Source: Balanoglossus misakiensis (Eukaryota; Animalia; Hemichordata). From it: 64,000 nucleotides of DNA. Position numbers and translations under genes: made by a program. The notes beneath the pieces are model-generated. The model was not told the origin of the DNA, searched no databases, and saw nothing but the letters and a program-made list of their open reading frames with translations. Location of the stretch: contig CM082578.2 of assembly GCA_040954595.2 (NCBI GenBank), positions 2,462,831-2,526,830 of the forward strand, given 5' to 3'. This document shows, one piece after another, positions 1 to 12,968 of the stretch; position 1 is the stretch's first letter, and the number at the start of each line of letters is the position of its first letter.

Positions 1-110
1 GACTTATATGCTGCTTATATTCATCATTGGAAACCACAGGCGTCAGAAAAAATGCTTTGTTAGTATTCCGTACTGTAAAGTAGCTAAAATCGAAAAATCA
101 ACAGCTCAGA

Positions 111-212
111 TAATCTCCCCGTTTCACGTCATACGAGCGCTTACGCTATGTTCAGTCTTTGCCATATACCCTACTAACACATAAAGAGATCTCTTTATGT
201 GATAGTGGGGTA
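111..212. mobile_element. Degenerate half copy of the palindromic MITE at 42796-42956
   Basis: Shares cgagcgct..cgctatgttc and the central palindrome cacataaagagatctctttatgtg with 42796-42956. Confidence 0.7.
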
Positions 213-405
213 ATTTCTTGACAGGTCATATTAGTGGCTCGTTATTTATTCATGCTATGTATCTCTTGCTTTTTATTGCTCATCGCTGTTCGTTTTTGCT
301 AATTACTTTCAAATTTGTATCTATCAATTTGTCATAGATGGCATGAGTCCGGTGATGGGTGGGAACTGCATGTGGTTATTTTTGGTCGTTATTGCTCCAT
401 ATTAA

Positions 406-1914
406 AGGTACATGAGCTGCAACTGGATAAAAAATTCCACAATAAGATGGGGTCATAGCTTAAAGGTACAATTTTATGAGCTGCAACTGGATAAAAAAAT
501 TAAAGTTTTAAATAATCTCATATATACTTTTAATTATGTCTATTAAATGATATTTCATGATGATATATCAAGCTCAACACTTACCGTATATTCTCACAAA
601 TAAGCGCCACTTTTTAACCATTTCAAATTTTGGTGGCGCCTAAACAAAGGCAGAAATGAGTCTTTCAAGAACTGGTGGCGCTTTTTCATGGGTCGCCCTG
701 TATATATATACTGTACCCTGTTAATTCATATGCAAATGATTTGGGACGTTCCAATGAGTGTTCTCCTAAGGGGGTGTCCGCAGTGAATGAATGGCTGTTT
801 CAAATTCATATGTAAAGTTTTAACATTTTCTATTCAAATACAGTCAGTTCAATGAATTGTCTAATAAATATTCCAGAAATAAAAAGTTGTCAACGAAGTG
901 AATACTACGAGCAGCATTACAGTATGCTGGCTGAACCATCAACAAAATCTACTGACGTATAGTGGTTTAGTCCAAGTGCGTCTTTGTCATCACATGCTCT
1001 CACACATGTAAGGTCAGGCAAGGTTGCCTGAATACTCACGTTGCGTGAATATTCATGAGAAAATTAATACCGCAAACATTCACAACTTGAAACTAGTCCT
1101 ATTATTTCAAAGCCCTGGCCATATGGTCAAACTTGGGTGGTAGTGCCGGTAACGTAAGCGGCTGCCGATCGATCAACAGGAAAAAGACAAGTGTCTAGAC
1201 GCCAGGCACCTGTGTCTTTTGCAGTGAATAATTATTTACATAAATTAGGAGGTTGACATGTGCCCGATTTCATCTTGTAAATAAATAGCACATCAGCCCA
1301 AAGCATGCATTGTCTGCTCAGGTCAATTATTATTCACGCAGCAAGCCCCCGTTGATTTTGACAAGATCCCTAAACCCTGGTAGTACTTGCCATGATTCAC
1401 GTATGTCCACACACCTCAAAAAAAAAAAAAATCCTGGCGCTTAATTTTAAGTAAAAAGTAGCAAAGTTAGGTATCACTGGCGCCTAATCATGGGTGGCGC
1501 TTAATTGCGAGAATATACGGTATTTATGGCAAAATGGCCAAAAATTTAAGAAAAACGAAAATTCCTGCAATTGTTAAAAAAAGTGCAATATTACAATGAA
1601 AAAGGAAAATATAATGTCACAGCAGTGTACATATACTTCCATGAGCTCAAGTGGATGAGATCATGTTTTGTTTATGAAGTTTCACAACCGGAAATGCAAC
1701 ATTTTCATTGTTACTTGCTTTTTCCCACGGTGACGGCCATATTTGCTTGCGGCAAAGCTTTATTATTTATCTGGTTAAAACTTGCATATGCACTCATATT
1801 TAGGGTTTATAATGCTTGTGTATAGTTCACTGCCTTCATCTGCATGGACTAATGGTAGTGCAGTTTGAAACAAAAATTATGATAATTATCCCAAAAGTTG
1901 CAGCTTATGTGCCT
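406..1914. mobile_element. Non-autonomous Kolobok-like DNA transposon (TTAA TSD)
   Basis: ttaa|aggtacatgagctgcaact ... agttgcagcttatgtgcct|ttaa; RR..YY termini. The left end is partly repeated at ~461-500. Confidence 0.75.
584..1520. mobile_element. TA-flanked MITE (Tc1/mariner-pogo type) nested in 406-1914
   Basis: ta|ccgtatattctcacaaataagcgccac ... gtggcgcttaattgcgagaatatacgg|ta. Confidence 0.8.
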
Positions 1915-2519
1915 TTAATCATTCTATCTATTTCAAGTTCATTATTGGTCATTACTGTAGGTTCTGCCCATTACAAGTTTTAGAAACACCTGTGTTTTGT
2001 TGGCACATGATTCAACATTACACACAACATGCGTCCCTTTTGTGTAGTAGACAATATTATTGTTTTGGGATGATTTACAACTATATGCACAAATTCAGTG
2101 TGTAAGGTTGGCTGATCCAGAGTTTAAACTCAAAATGGTTCAATTATACCAACAAAGAACCAGGATGTAAAGGTCACACAGGGGTCAAGATTCACCATAC
2201 CTTTCCACCACGTTTTCAACACTCTGGCTTTTCGGCTGAAAGCGGCCAGTGCCTCATCCATTTGTTCGAATTGTTGGTGGTACTCGTTCTTGTTTTTTTC
2301 ATGCTGCAGATTATCCCAGCTGAAAGAAACCCAAGACATTACAACATTAGAGATACTGTAAAACATGTTATTTTCGCGAGTTGAAATTTTTCGTGACACC
2401 GAAAGAGGCCACTGTTACGCGAGAGTTAATTTTCGCGTTCTCATGCACATTGTTCTTTCACAATTATATTTCGCGTATTTTTTGCTCTCCCGTATTTCGC
2501 TTAAATTTATTACTCGCAA

Positions 2520-2945
2520 AAATGACCTGTTCTCACACTCCTGGCACGCTGGGAGTGTAAGAACAAAGTGTGAGAACAAATTGTTCTCACACTCTCACTG
2601 AATCGAAAGCTGTATATGACGCGAGCGCTGATTGGTTGACAAAGCGTTATTTTGCTAGGCGCGCTAAAAGTTATCCAATGACGCGATGTGTATTACAGGA
2701 ACAGAGACTACAACGTGCCCCCGGACGACAGTTCCAGCGTCATTTATTCAATGTTTTTAACGAATTTGGCTAATTTGTGACCGTGTGAGAAAAATAATCT
2801 CACACACCAAGGACCTGGGATCATATTTCTCACACTCGTCGGGATATTCTGTCCCACATGAGCCGCAGGCGAGTGTAGGACAGAAAATCCCCAACTCGTG
2901 TGAGAAATACGATCCCAGGTCCTTGGGAGTGTGAGATTCTATTGT
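2520..2945. mobile_element. Hairpin-containing interspersed element with multiple tctcacac motifs (copy at ~10090-10515)
   Basis: Inverted arms 2798-2936 (ccaaggacctgggatc...gatcccaggtccttgg) around gagccgcaggcga. Confidence 0.6.
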
Positions 2946-4350
2946 TCCACAGTAGTTGATAGTATGCACAAGACTCATGGGCTCAAACTGACTCATATTT
3001 CAGCAATTTACAGGTTATTTTCAGTGATTTCCAAAATTGTTAGACACGTATGTGCACCCTCTTCAAGAAACTGCCACATTCTTGGTATATACGGTACACA
3101 CAAAAATGAAAGCTAAGACATTATTGAAAAAGACGCAATTTAAAAGATGGTGGTTTGATCCAAATATGTTGTTTTCAAAAGTCTGGCCAATATACAAACA
3201 AACGGGTGGCCCCTGATGAGAAAATGCAATGGACCATATTGGCCCCTACATGCCAACAACAATTCAAATTCTGGGTCAGCACTACTGTAATATTTGCAGA
3301 CACCTTTTCAATTTTGGTGGACCCAATTTTCATTTGTATGGACCCAATTTATACAAAATTTGGCTGAGGCGTTTTGCAGCCAGACCACGTTATTTTTTTT
3401 TTTCACTTGGGTGCAATTTGACAACCTCATCCGTATTTTCCTGGGTGATGCAACTCTGTCCACAACTCAGAGCATTTTCACTGCTTTAATTCCTTTTTTT
3501 TTTACAATTAGTGACTGTTGACAAAATTACTACCACATAATTAGACCGTTTGATTTTGGTTGGCACAAAAACTCTAAGACCATGTTCCTTTTGGGTGTAC
3601 ATTATTTTTGAACTGCTTGAGGCTGGGCCGACCAGTCATGCAGTACATGATGACTACAATACTGTCATGAGATACCACATGTACAATGTGCAAATCTTAT
3701 GAGTGTGCTCTGATTGAAATGAAAATTGTGTCCTGCAAATTATAATGGGCCATCGGAAGCAGAAAGAGGTCTGCGATACTTATGACCATAAGACCCTTCT
3801 CTGCTTGGGATGGCCCAAATGTGACTGCAATATTAGAGTACATACCACATAATCAGACCGCTGAATTTTTGTTGGCAGAAAGGTGCCACTGTAGTATATC
3901 ATGTACCGGTATATTCAACTTTACAAATATATCCAAGTGTACGCTACACCTACCTTGTCTCCTGCTGGAGTGTTTCAAACGTTTGCGCCAATTTCGTGAA
4001 ATCCATCAACATGGCCTCATTCTGTTCAATCTAATTGGATTTTTAATCGTGCTTGTTGCTTAAGATGAAACATTTTACGGCTGCAGAAGATCTCTGTTAC
4101 TTCTTCTATCGTGAACTTATCTTTGGCGTGTTGACTCTTGTGCAGAACCTGAGGAAAAAAAACAAAAATAGTGTACAATATTGCCTGTAGAAGAGGTGTT
4201 TCCAGTAGTCTCGTTCCTGGCTGTGTCAGCTAAAAGGAAAGGGTCAGGTATGGGCTGCCGTCTTGCACAAATTTCTGTCCAGCCATGCCCAAGATGACTG
4301 CTTCCAACGTTTGCACACAGGTACTGTCAAAGTCAGGTGCACCACACAAG

Positions 4351-4494
4351 ATCCATCCATCCATCCCATCCATCCATCCATACATACATACATACACGCA
4401 TACATACATCCATCCATCCATCCATACATACATACATACATACATACATACACGCAGTACGCACGCACGCACACGCACATACAAACATACATAC
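4351..4494. repeat. (CCAT)n/(CATA)n/(CACG)n compound microsatellite; further tracts at 5009-5078, 6140-6200, 12640-12792, 14397-14490
   Basis: Direct reading. Confidence 0.95.
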
Positions 4495-5008
4495 CAGGGC
4501 TTGCGTTTGATATTTAATTTTTTACATACAGTGCACGCAAAGAGCCAAAAAAATTTGCGTGAAATTGTATTTGAATTACGTGCAACAAAATAGCGATAGA
4601 CAAAGCAGGCTTTCAGATAATGAGTTCTCCCTTCATGTCTAGACGGTCCAACACAAAAAAAATCTTTAAGGAAAATGACCGGGAAGCCCCACTTACTTTT
4701 TTATATCTAATGGTTTCTGCATGCATAAATTATAGGGCGGACACGTGCCAAGTTTGTGGCCTGGGTTACTGCACGTACATCACTGTGCGTCCTGCTACAG
4801 CATACAAGCGCGCGTACGCGTATATGTGTACAGGGCGCCCAACCGACCAACCTTGAAAAGGCACCCCGTATAGCCCATTAGCCTCACCAGATGTTATCAT
4901 TAATGGATTTTTTTTGCGTGCATGTCACGCAACTGTGACAAAATATTTGTGCGCACACATTGTAGTTTTGCGTGAAAACGCAAGAAATAGACGAGAACGC
5001 GAGCCCTG
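4495..5008. mobile_element. hAT-like MITE inserted in a (CATA)n tract (copy at ~12793-14396)
   Basis: TIR cagggcttgcgtt / aacgcgagccctg; microsatellite on both sides. Confidence 0.7.
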
Positions 5009-5079
5009 CATACATACATACATACATACATATGCATGCATCATGCATGCATACATACATACACACACACATACATACT

Positions 5080-6126
5080 CACTCCATCAGTTCAACTCCT
5101 TCATTAATTCAACCACCCACTATTCTTTGGAAAATTAATTATTTTATAACCTTCAATTGTTTGACCACTGATTAAATGCATGATATTGATATTGTATATT
5201 TTTCAAGAAGATATCTGTAACTTCTACCTTTCAAGGTATTAAGAACTCACTGATTTTATTCTGTGTGACTTTTAACAGTTCAATTCTATCATAAATATCA
5301 CCAAAACTACATGCTTATAATGCATGCAATTCATGTCATGCAAACATGCCCCCTGAAAAATTATTCAAGCACTTTGAGCGGCCATTTTTGTTTTATGTTA
5401 TTTTTATTCTATTAGTTTGCCTTTTCACTAGGTAGAGGGCCATATTGGCAAAGTAGGGGGCCAATTATGCGGGGCCGGGGACATGTTGACCTTTGACCCC
5501 CAATCATATTGACCTTTGACCCCCCCCCCCTCGGCAAATTACTGATGGAAATTACTGTTCTGCTGCTGAAAAAACACAAAAAACGCCTGCCTTTTTTGCT
5601 TCTTTTTGACATCACTAATTGCCCTGAACATCGATCTCACGGGTGTCTGCCGCGGCCGTGTGTACAAGTATTCTGCAGACGCGCGGATACATGGCATGAC
5701 CTCTAACAAAAGTTGCTACATCTTTTGTCAAGTTTTAGATATTTTGTTGCGACCGGAACGCTGAGCTGCGTTAGTTGTTGCAATTTGTGCGTTACTACGT
5801 CAATGATACTATTTATAGGACGCCTGTCTAAAGATAACTGGTGCGCTGAGTGAAATGGGCAACGCGTACTCTTTCACGATCCGGTGAAATGCGATCGTGA
5901 CTCGCGGTTTTCCAGGAGTTTCCAGGAGGGGTTTCAAATTCCAGGAGTTTCCAGGAGCGTACGACCCTTATTTATGAGCGTGAAAGAGTATAAATATAAA
6001 AATAACCCTAATGGGTTAAGGAAATGTAGACGGCCAGTTCAGTGCAAGTACCCGGCCAATTGGCCGGTGGCCGGCGCTTAGCGAAAACCGTCATATATAT
6101 TTTTTTCTGGTCGAACTGAAGGAGTG
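5080..6126. mobile_element. Non-autonomous TIR element with CACT termini
   Basis: cactccatcagttcaac ... gtcgaactgaaggagtg; no clear TSD. Confidence 0.55.
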
Positions 6127-7141
6127 ATTACGGTAAATTCATACATACACACACATACATAGTACATACACACACAAATACATACATATATACATACATA
6201 AATTGCCATAACAGTTTAATGTGCTCATACTTACGAAAACACAACACACCACTGCTAAAACAGCAACTGTGATCAGAAGCCATTGCCAGTTAACCTCATA
6301 GAGCTGGAAAGAGAAAATATAACTGATAAGTGATAATGCACCTCTATACCAAATGCAGATCTTACACATATTGAAATTTTGCATAATATTGTAGCACTTT
6401 AAAGTGAAGGGGTCAGCACGCTGCGTTTGTTTGTTGATAGACATTAGAATTCACCTTCAAATCCCTGAAATTAAATAATTCCTAGAATGAACGAAGCAGC
6501 CAACCGTAGCATAGACTGGGCATGGCAGCAACTGAAGATCCTGGTTGTGGTGACTACAGTGAGGTTTGTGCTGGTATATGAAGGGATATATTCTCATCAA
6601 GGGGGACACCCACCCGATGACCGCTTCCCTTTAAACATTGTATGAAAGCACACGTCAGAACAACCAAAGCTACTTACATTGGGCTTTTCTGGGGGTTCAT
6701 CTGGAGGATCTCTTGCCTAGTTCAAATTATACAAAAAAATAGAATTAGCAAATCCTTGAAACTGAAATGTTGAAAACTGTCAATGTCATGCCATTTCGGT
6801 CAATGACACATTTACTGAGTATAGAATGATGGATCAAGGTACATTATAAAACCCAAGATAAGCACATTTTTAAAGGACCACAAATAGTTGATCCAAGTTA
6901 CAAATGGACTTCAAATTATTACTTTAAAATTGTTGATCAAAGTCAGAGTAAATGAAGTCCAATAACTCGTACCATAATACTTGTCTTATTGGTTTCAGGG
7001 CAATTATATATTATTTACTCGAAAATTATAATTATGCAAATTTTCCGACAAAAATACCAATATTTCCTTTATGTTGCCTTTACTGTTGATGCTCGTGAGC
7101 CTATACAGGTTGTTCAAATTTAAAAACATTGTCATAGCCAA

Positions 7142-7155
7142 CCACTAGAGGGCGC
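7142..7155 (+). promoter_or_regulatory. CTCF-consensus-like motif
   Basis: ccactagagggcgc matches the CTCF core consensus; binding is unknown. Confidence 0.35.
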
Positions 7156-10100
7156 TGTTATGTATTTGAATGCCCATGAATGTGCAACTCGATCGTGCAG
7201 TACACCCATGTCACAGAAAGCCTTCTCAGGCACTCATAAAATTCATACTAGTATTAGCTACATCCCCATTTCTCAGAATGTAGCACAAATTCGTTTGTTT
7301 CCATCATTGCAGAATCAGATTGAACAATGCTTAAAAACTTGGACAGAAAACATTCAGTAAGACAACAAATGATTTGTTACATTAAGTCTGTACAATATGG
7401 CTACAGTTATATTCATGATTGCCATGGCATAAAGGTTAGAACTATCATGATCAGTGGTTCCGTTAATGCAAAATCCTGCGCATTTCAAAATGTCTGACAA
7501 TAATTACACAAAGATAATGAAGGATGTATACACCGCAAGTGCAAATTTGCAAATTGTATTCAGCGAGGCTTACAAGATACGAATAATGCAGAAATGCACA
7601 GAAATGTTACAATTTTCACTCAGGCAACATGACATTCATAGATCAAACTTTGTAATAATGTACCGGTACGGTGGTGTTCTATTCAGGCTTTCAAATGCCT
7701 ACCCACTTGAGGCAAGATTGTTATATTTATGCAAAGTAAATTCTGAATGCATATTTAAGTATGCAAAGGAAAAATAATCGAACAGAACCTCTGTATCATG
7801 TGATTGAACTTGTATGAACATGCAGGATGACACTCGCTTATTCATATAGTAGCTTTAAAAGCACATAGTTCTTGCGCCATGTGTGAACAAAATGTGTTTG
7901 GCTATTTCTGGGTTACAGATATGAAAAGAGAATTCAGTTTCAGGTGATCTACAATTGTTGTGAATCACTTACCATGCATCGCAACAAGTCCAATCTTCCC
8001 TCTCTCGCTGCCTACACCTAACTCTCTGTGAATGAAATGGGAAGAATTATTCATTATGGATTATAAAAGACGCTTTCAGGAATTGCAGCATGGTGGCAAT
8101 TATCAAAGTCCTAAATGCTTAAAGTTTATATTTTGAAACAATGACATGGAGGAACAGGGTGGTGCACAGTACAAAATCATTATGTTATATATCCCTAACA
8201 GTGCCAAGTCAGGATGAACTGGTTTGATTTCCAGGGTGCCTAGAATCCAGGCTCCCAGGTCTGTTAGACTGCCAGGTGTGTGTTTATCAGTACGGCCTAT
8301 ACAAGACCCTCAGACCAATACAGTGCAAACCAGTGCGATTTGGTACATTTTACAGGGGGCTCAGACTGCCAAGTGTGTCTAAGTACGTATGAGAGCCATG
8401 TCAAGACAGTCAAAATATGTTATATACTAGGTCACATGATATTATGGCCATTAAAAGAATCAATTTTTCAGCCCATTTTACTTTAGAAAAATGCTGGCTG
8501 ATTGCTGGTTGCCATGTGTGTATCAATTGAGAAGACATTGCAGTATTGTTCAAGAGAGTGTTGGCAGTCTATGGTGTGACAATCCATGACAAAATTACAA
8601 CTCCTCATTTTGCTATTCTTATTTCTATTCAACATTCCATTTCTTAGTTCAAAATTTGATTTCACAATTCAACATTCCATTTTTCAGTACAACAATTCGA
8701 TTTAACAACTTTGCCTTACAGATAGTCAGATTGAATCTGGCGTCTGCGTATTCACGCATGTAGAATTTCTTCATTCAGAATTGGAATTTTACATTGTCAG
8801 CATAATTGGGATTTTGCATAGTCAGCGACATGTGCCCGATTTCATCTTGTAAATAAATAGCACATCAGCCCAAAGCATGCATTGTCTGCTCAGGTCAATT
8901 ATTATTCACGCAGCAAGCCCCCGTTGATTTTGACAAGATCCCTAAACCCTGGTAGTACTTGCCATGATTCACGTACGTCCACACACCTCAAAAAAAAAAA
9001 TTCCTGGCGCTTAATTTTAAGTAAAAAGTAGCAAAGTCAGGTATCACTGGTGCCTAATCATGGGTGGCGCTTAATTGCGAGAATATACGGTATTTATGGC
9101 AAAATGGCCAAAAATTAAAGAAAAACGAAAATTCCTGCAATTGTTAAAAAAAGTGCAATATTACAATGAAAAAGGAAAATATAATGTCACAGCAGTGTAC
9201 ATATACTTCCATGAGCTCAAGTGGATGAGATCATGTTTTGTTTATGAAGTTTCACAACCGGAAATGCAACATTTTCATTGTTACTTGCTTTTACCCACGG
9301 TGACGGCCATATTTGCTTGCGGCAAAGCTTTATTATTTATCTGGTTAAAACTTGCATATGCACTCATATTTAGGGTTTATAATGCTTGTGTATAGTTCAC
9401 TGCCTTCATCTGCATGGACTAATGGTAGTGCAGTTTGAAACAAAAATTATGATAATTATCCCAAAAGTTGCAGCTTATGTGCCTTTAATCATTCTATCTA
9501 TTTCAAGTTCATTATTGGTCATTACTGTAGGTTCTGCCCATTACAAGTTTTAGAAACACCTGTGTTTTGTTGGCACATGATTCAACATTACACACAACAT
9601 GCGTCCCTTTTGTGTAGTAGACAATATTATTGTTTTGGGATGATTTACAACTATATGCACAGATTCAGTGTGTAAGGTTGGCTGATCCAGAGTTTAAACT
9701 CAAAATGGTTCAATTATACCAACAAAAAACCAGGATGTAAAGGTCACACAGGGGTCAAGATTCACCATACCTTTCCACCACGTTTTCAACACTCTGGCTT
9801 TTCGGCTGAAAGCGGCCAGTGCCTCATCCATTTGTTCGAATTGTTGGTGGTACTCGTTCTTGTTTTTTTCATGCTGCAGATTATCCCAGCTGAAAGAAAC
9901 CCAAGACATTACAACATTAGAGATACTGTAAAACATGTTATTTTCGCGAGTTGAAATTTTTCGTGACATCGAAAGAGGCCACTGTTACGCGAGAGTTAAT
10001 TTTCGCGTTCTCATGCACATTGTTCTTTCACAATTATATTTCGCGTATTTTTTGCTCTCCCGTATTTCGCTTAAATTTATTACTCGCGAAAATGACCTGT

Positions 10101-10853
10101 TCTCACACTCCTGGCACGCTGGGAGTGTAAGAACAAAGTGTGAGAACAAATTGTTCTCACACTCTCACTGAATCGAAAGCTGTATATGACGCGAGCGCTG
10201 ATTGGTTGACAAAGCGTTATTTTGCTACGCGCGCTAAAAGTTATCCAATGGCGCGATGTGTATTACAGGAACAGAGACTACAACGTGCCCCCGGACGACA
10301 GTTCCAGCGTCATTTATTCAATGTTTTTAACGAATTTGGCTAATTTGTGACCGTGTGAGAAAAATAATCTCACACACCAAGGACCTGGGATCATATTTCT
10401 CACACTCGTCGGGATATTCTGTCCCACATGAGCCGCAGGCGAGTGTGGGACAGAAAATCCCCAACTCGTGTGAGAAATACGATCTCAGGTCCTTGGGAGT
10501 GTGAGATTCTATTGTTCCACAGCAGTTGATAGTATGCACAAGACTCATGGGCTCAAACTGACTCATATTTCAGCAATTTACGGGTTATTTTCAGTGATTT
10601 CCAAAATTGTTAGACACGTATGTGTACCCTCTTCAAGAAACTGCCACATTCTTGGTATATACACACAAAAATGAAAGCTAAGACATTATTGAAAAAGACG
10701 CAATTTAAAAGACACAACTCTTCAATGCTGTTCATTTACTTCTTTCACCACATTAGTGGTTTGATCCAAATATGTTATTTTCAAAAGTCTGGCCAATATA
10801 CATACAAACGGGTGTCCCCTGATGAGAAAATGCAATGGACCATATTGGCCCCT

Positions 10854-11533
10854 CAGGGCTCGAAATTAACTTTTTTCACTGGTAGCCCCGTGACAAGGTC
10901 TGGTAGCCCGCACACCTTTTCAATGAAGAGTGATATTTTTTTTCTGTGAAGGATATTTTTTTCATCAATCTCATAAGAAAAAAATAAAAATATTTTTTTT
11001 TCATGATTGACTTGTGCTCATGAATTTTTTTTCTAGTACCTGGCTGGCTGCATGCAGATCATACCCTGTATAAGAATAGCATGTACATGTCCAGACAAGG
11101 GCGACACCCAAAAGTTTGATGACCTATTAATACGCAGAGGTTATATGCAAATATTTACATTCGCCATGACAACAACCACAGTGATCAGCAGGGGAGGAGA
11201 CATAACAAGACTAAAAATAGACTACAAATTTCCCATGCCTAAGTCAGTTCAGATATTGATACTTTTATTGAAAGTTTGTATCAAACATTCTCCTGCATGC
11301 ACTGTGGATTTTAATTTGCATAACAATGTCACAGTCATGCTGTACAGTGCTGGTTTGATCGGGCCGTGTACGTACGCGTGTGAGCGTTGATCAGGTCAAA
11401 GCGATCAACATCGCGTCGATCGCACACGCAAAGTTTTGGTAGTCCGCGGGGGCTACCATTACGCAGATTTTGGTAGCCCCAGGGAAAAGTTGGTAGTCTG
11501 TGGACGCGGGACTACCGCTAATTTCGAGCCCTG
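10854..11533. mobile_element. hAT-like MITE with 5-bp TSD (hAT5-like)
   Basis: cccct|cagggctcgaaatta ... taatttcgagccctg|cccct; empty site ttggcccctacatg at ~3239-3252. Confidence 0.85.
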
Positions 11534-12968
11534 CCCCTACATGCCAACAACAATTCAAATTCTGGGTCAGCACTGTAATATTTGCAGACACCTTTTCAAT
11601 TTTGGTGGACCCAATTTTCATTTGTATGGACCCAATTTATACAAAATTTGGCTGAGGCGTTTTGCAGCCAGACTACGTTTTTTTTTTTTTTTTCACTTGG
11701 GTGCAATTTGACGACCTCATCCGTATTTTCCTGGGTGATGCAACTCTGTCCACAACTCAGAGCATTTTCACTGCTTTAATTCCTTTTTTTTTACAATTAG
11801 TGACTGTTGACAAAATTACTACCACATAATTAGACCGTTTGATTTTGGTTGGCACAAAAACTCTAAGACCATGTTCCTTTTGGGTGTACATTATTTTTGA
11901 ACTGCTTGAGGCTGGGCCGACCAGTCATGCAGTACATGATGACTACAATACTGTCATGAGATACCACATGTACAATGTGCAAATCTTATGAGTGTGCTCT
12001 GATTGAAATGAAAATTGTGTCCTGCAAAATATAATGGGCCATCGGAAGCAGAAAGAGGTCTGCGATACTTATGACCATAAGACCCTTCTCTGCTTGGGAT
12101 GGCCCAAATGTGACTGCAATATTAGAGTACATACCACATAATCAGACCGCTGAATTTTTGTTGGCAGAAAGGTGCCACTGTAGTATATCATGTACCGGTA
12201 TATTCAACTTTACAAATATATCCAAGTGTACGCTACACCTACCTTGTCTCCTGCTGGAGTGTTTCAAACGTTTGAGCCAATTTCGTGAAATCCATCAACA
12301 TGTCCTCATTCTGTTCAATCTAATTGGATTTTTAATCGTGCTTGTTGCTTAAGATGAAACATTTTACGGCTGCAGAAGATCTCTGTTACTTCTTCTATCG
12401 TGAACTTATCTTTAGCGTGTTGACTCTTGTGCAGAACCTGAGGAACAAAAACAAAAATAGTGTACAATATTGCCTGTAGAAGAGGTGTTTCCAGTAGTCT
12501 CGTTCCTGGCTGTGTCAGCTAAAAGGAAAGGGTCAGGTATGGGCTGCCGTCTTGCACAAATTTCTGTCCAGCCATGCCCAAGATGACTGCTTCCAACGTT
12601 TGCACACAGGTACTGTCAAAGTCAGGTGCACCACACAAGATCCATCCATCCATCCCATCCATCCATCCATACATACATACATACACGCATACATACATAC
12701 ATACATACATATATACATACATACATACATACATACATACATACACGCAGTACGCACGCACGCACGCACATACAAACATACATACATACATACCAGAGCT
12801 TGCGTTTGATATTTAATTTTTTACATACAGTGCACGCAAAGAGCCAAACAAAATTGCTTGAAATTGTATTTGAATTACATGCAACAAAATAGCGATAGAC
12901 AAAGCAGGCTTTCAGATAATGAGTTCTCCCTTCATGTCTAGACGGTCCAACACAAAAAAAATCTTTAA

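Larger units (their letters stand above)
1255..6681 (+). repeat. Donor copy of a local segmental duplication (second copy 8827-14844)
   Basis: Near-identical sequence at an offset of ~7570; the duplicated ORF track entries (2130/9700, 3782/12071) agree. Confidence 0.97.
2201..8025 (-). pseudogene. Degenerate spliced gene of unknown family; candidate exons 7973-8025, 6678-6716, 6455-6628, 6235-6303 (TM-like), ~4184-4352, 3954-4148, 2201-2319
   Basis: Minus-strand polypyrimidine-AG acceptors and GT donors (e.g. ctttccag|CTC...TTC|gtaagt); phases compatible for most junctions (39, 174 and 69 nt phase-0 exons; AG|C joins 3954 to 2319). In-frame stops and a frameshift are present. Confidence 0.55.

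Noticed and set aside
4230-5175. MYVCMYV/HTYIHT ORFs (also 12519-12996 and 14154-14607)
   Set aside because: These are translations of (CATA)n microsatellites.
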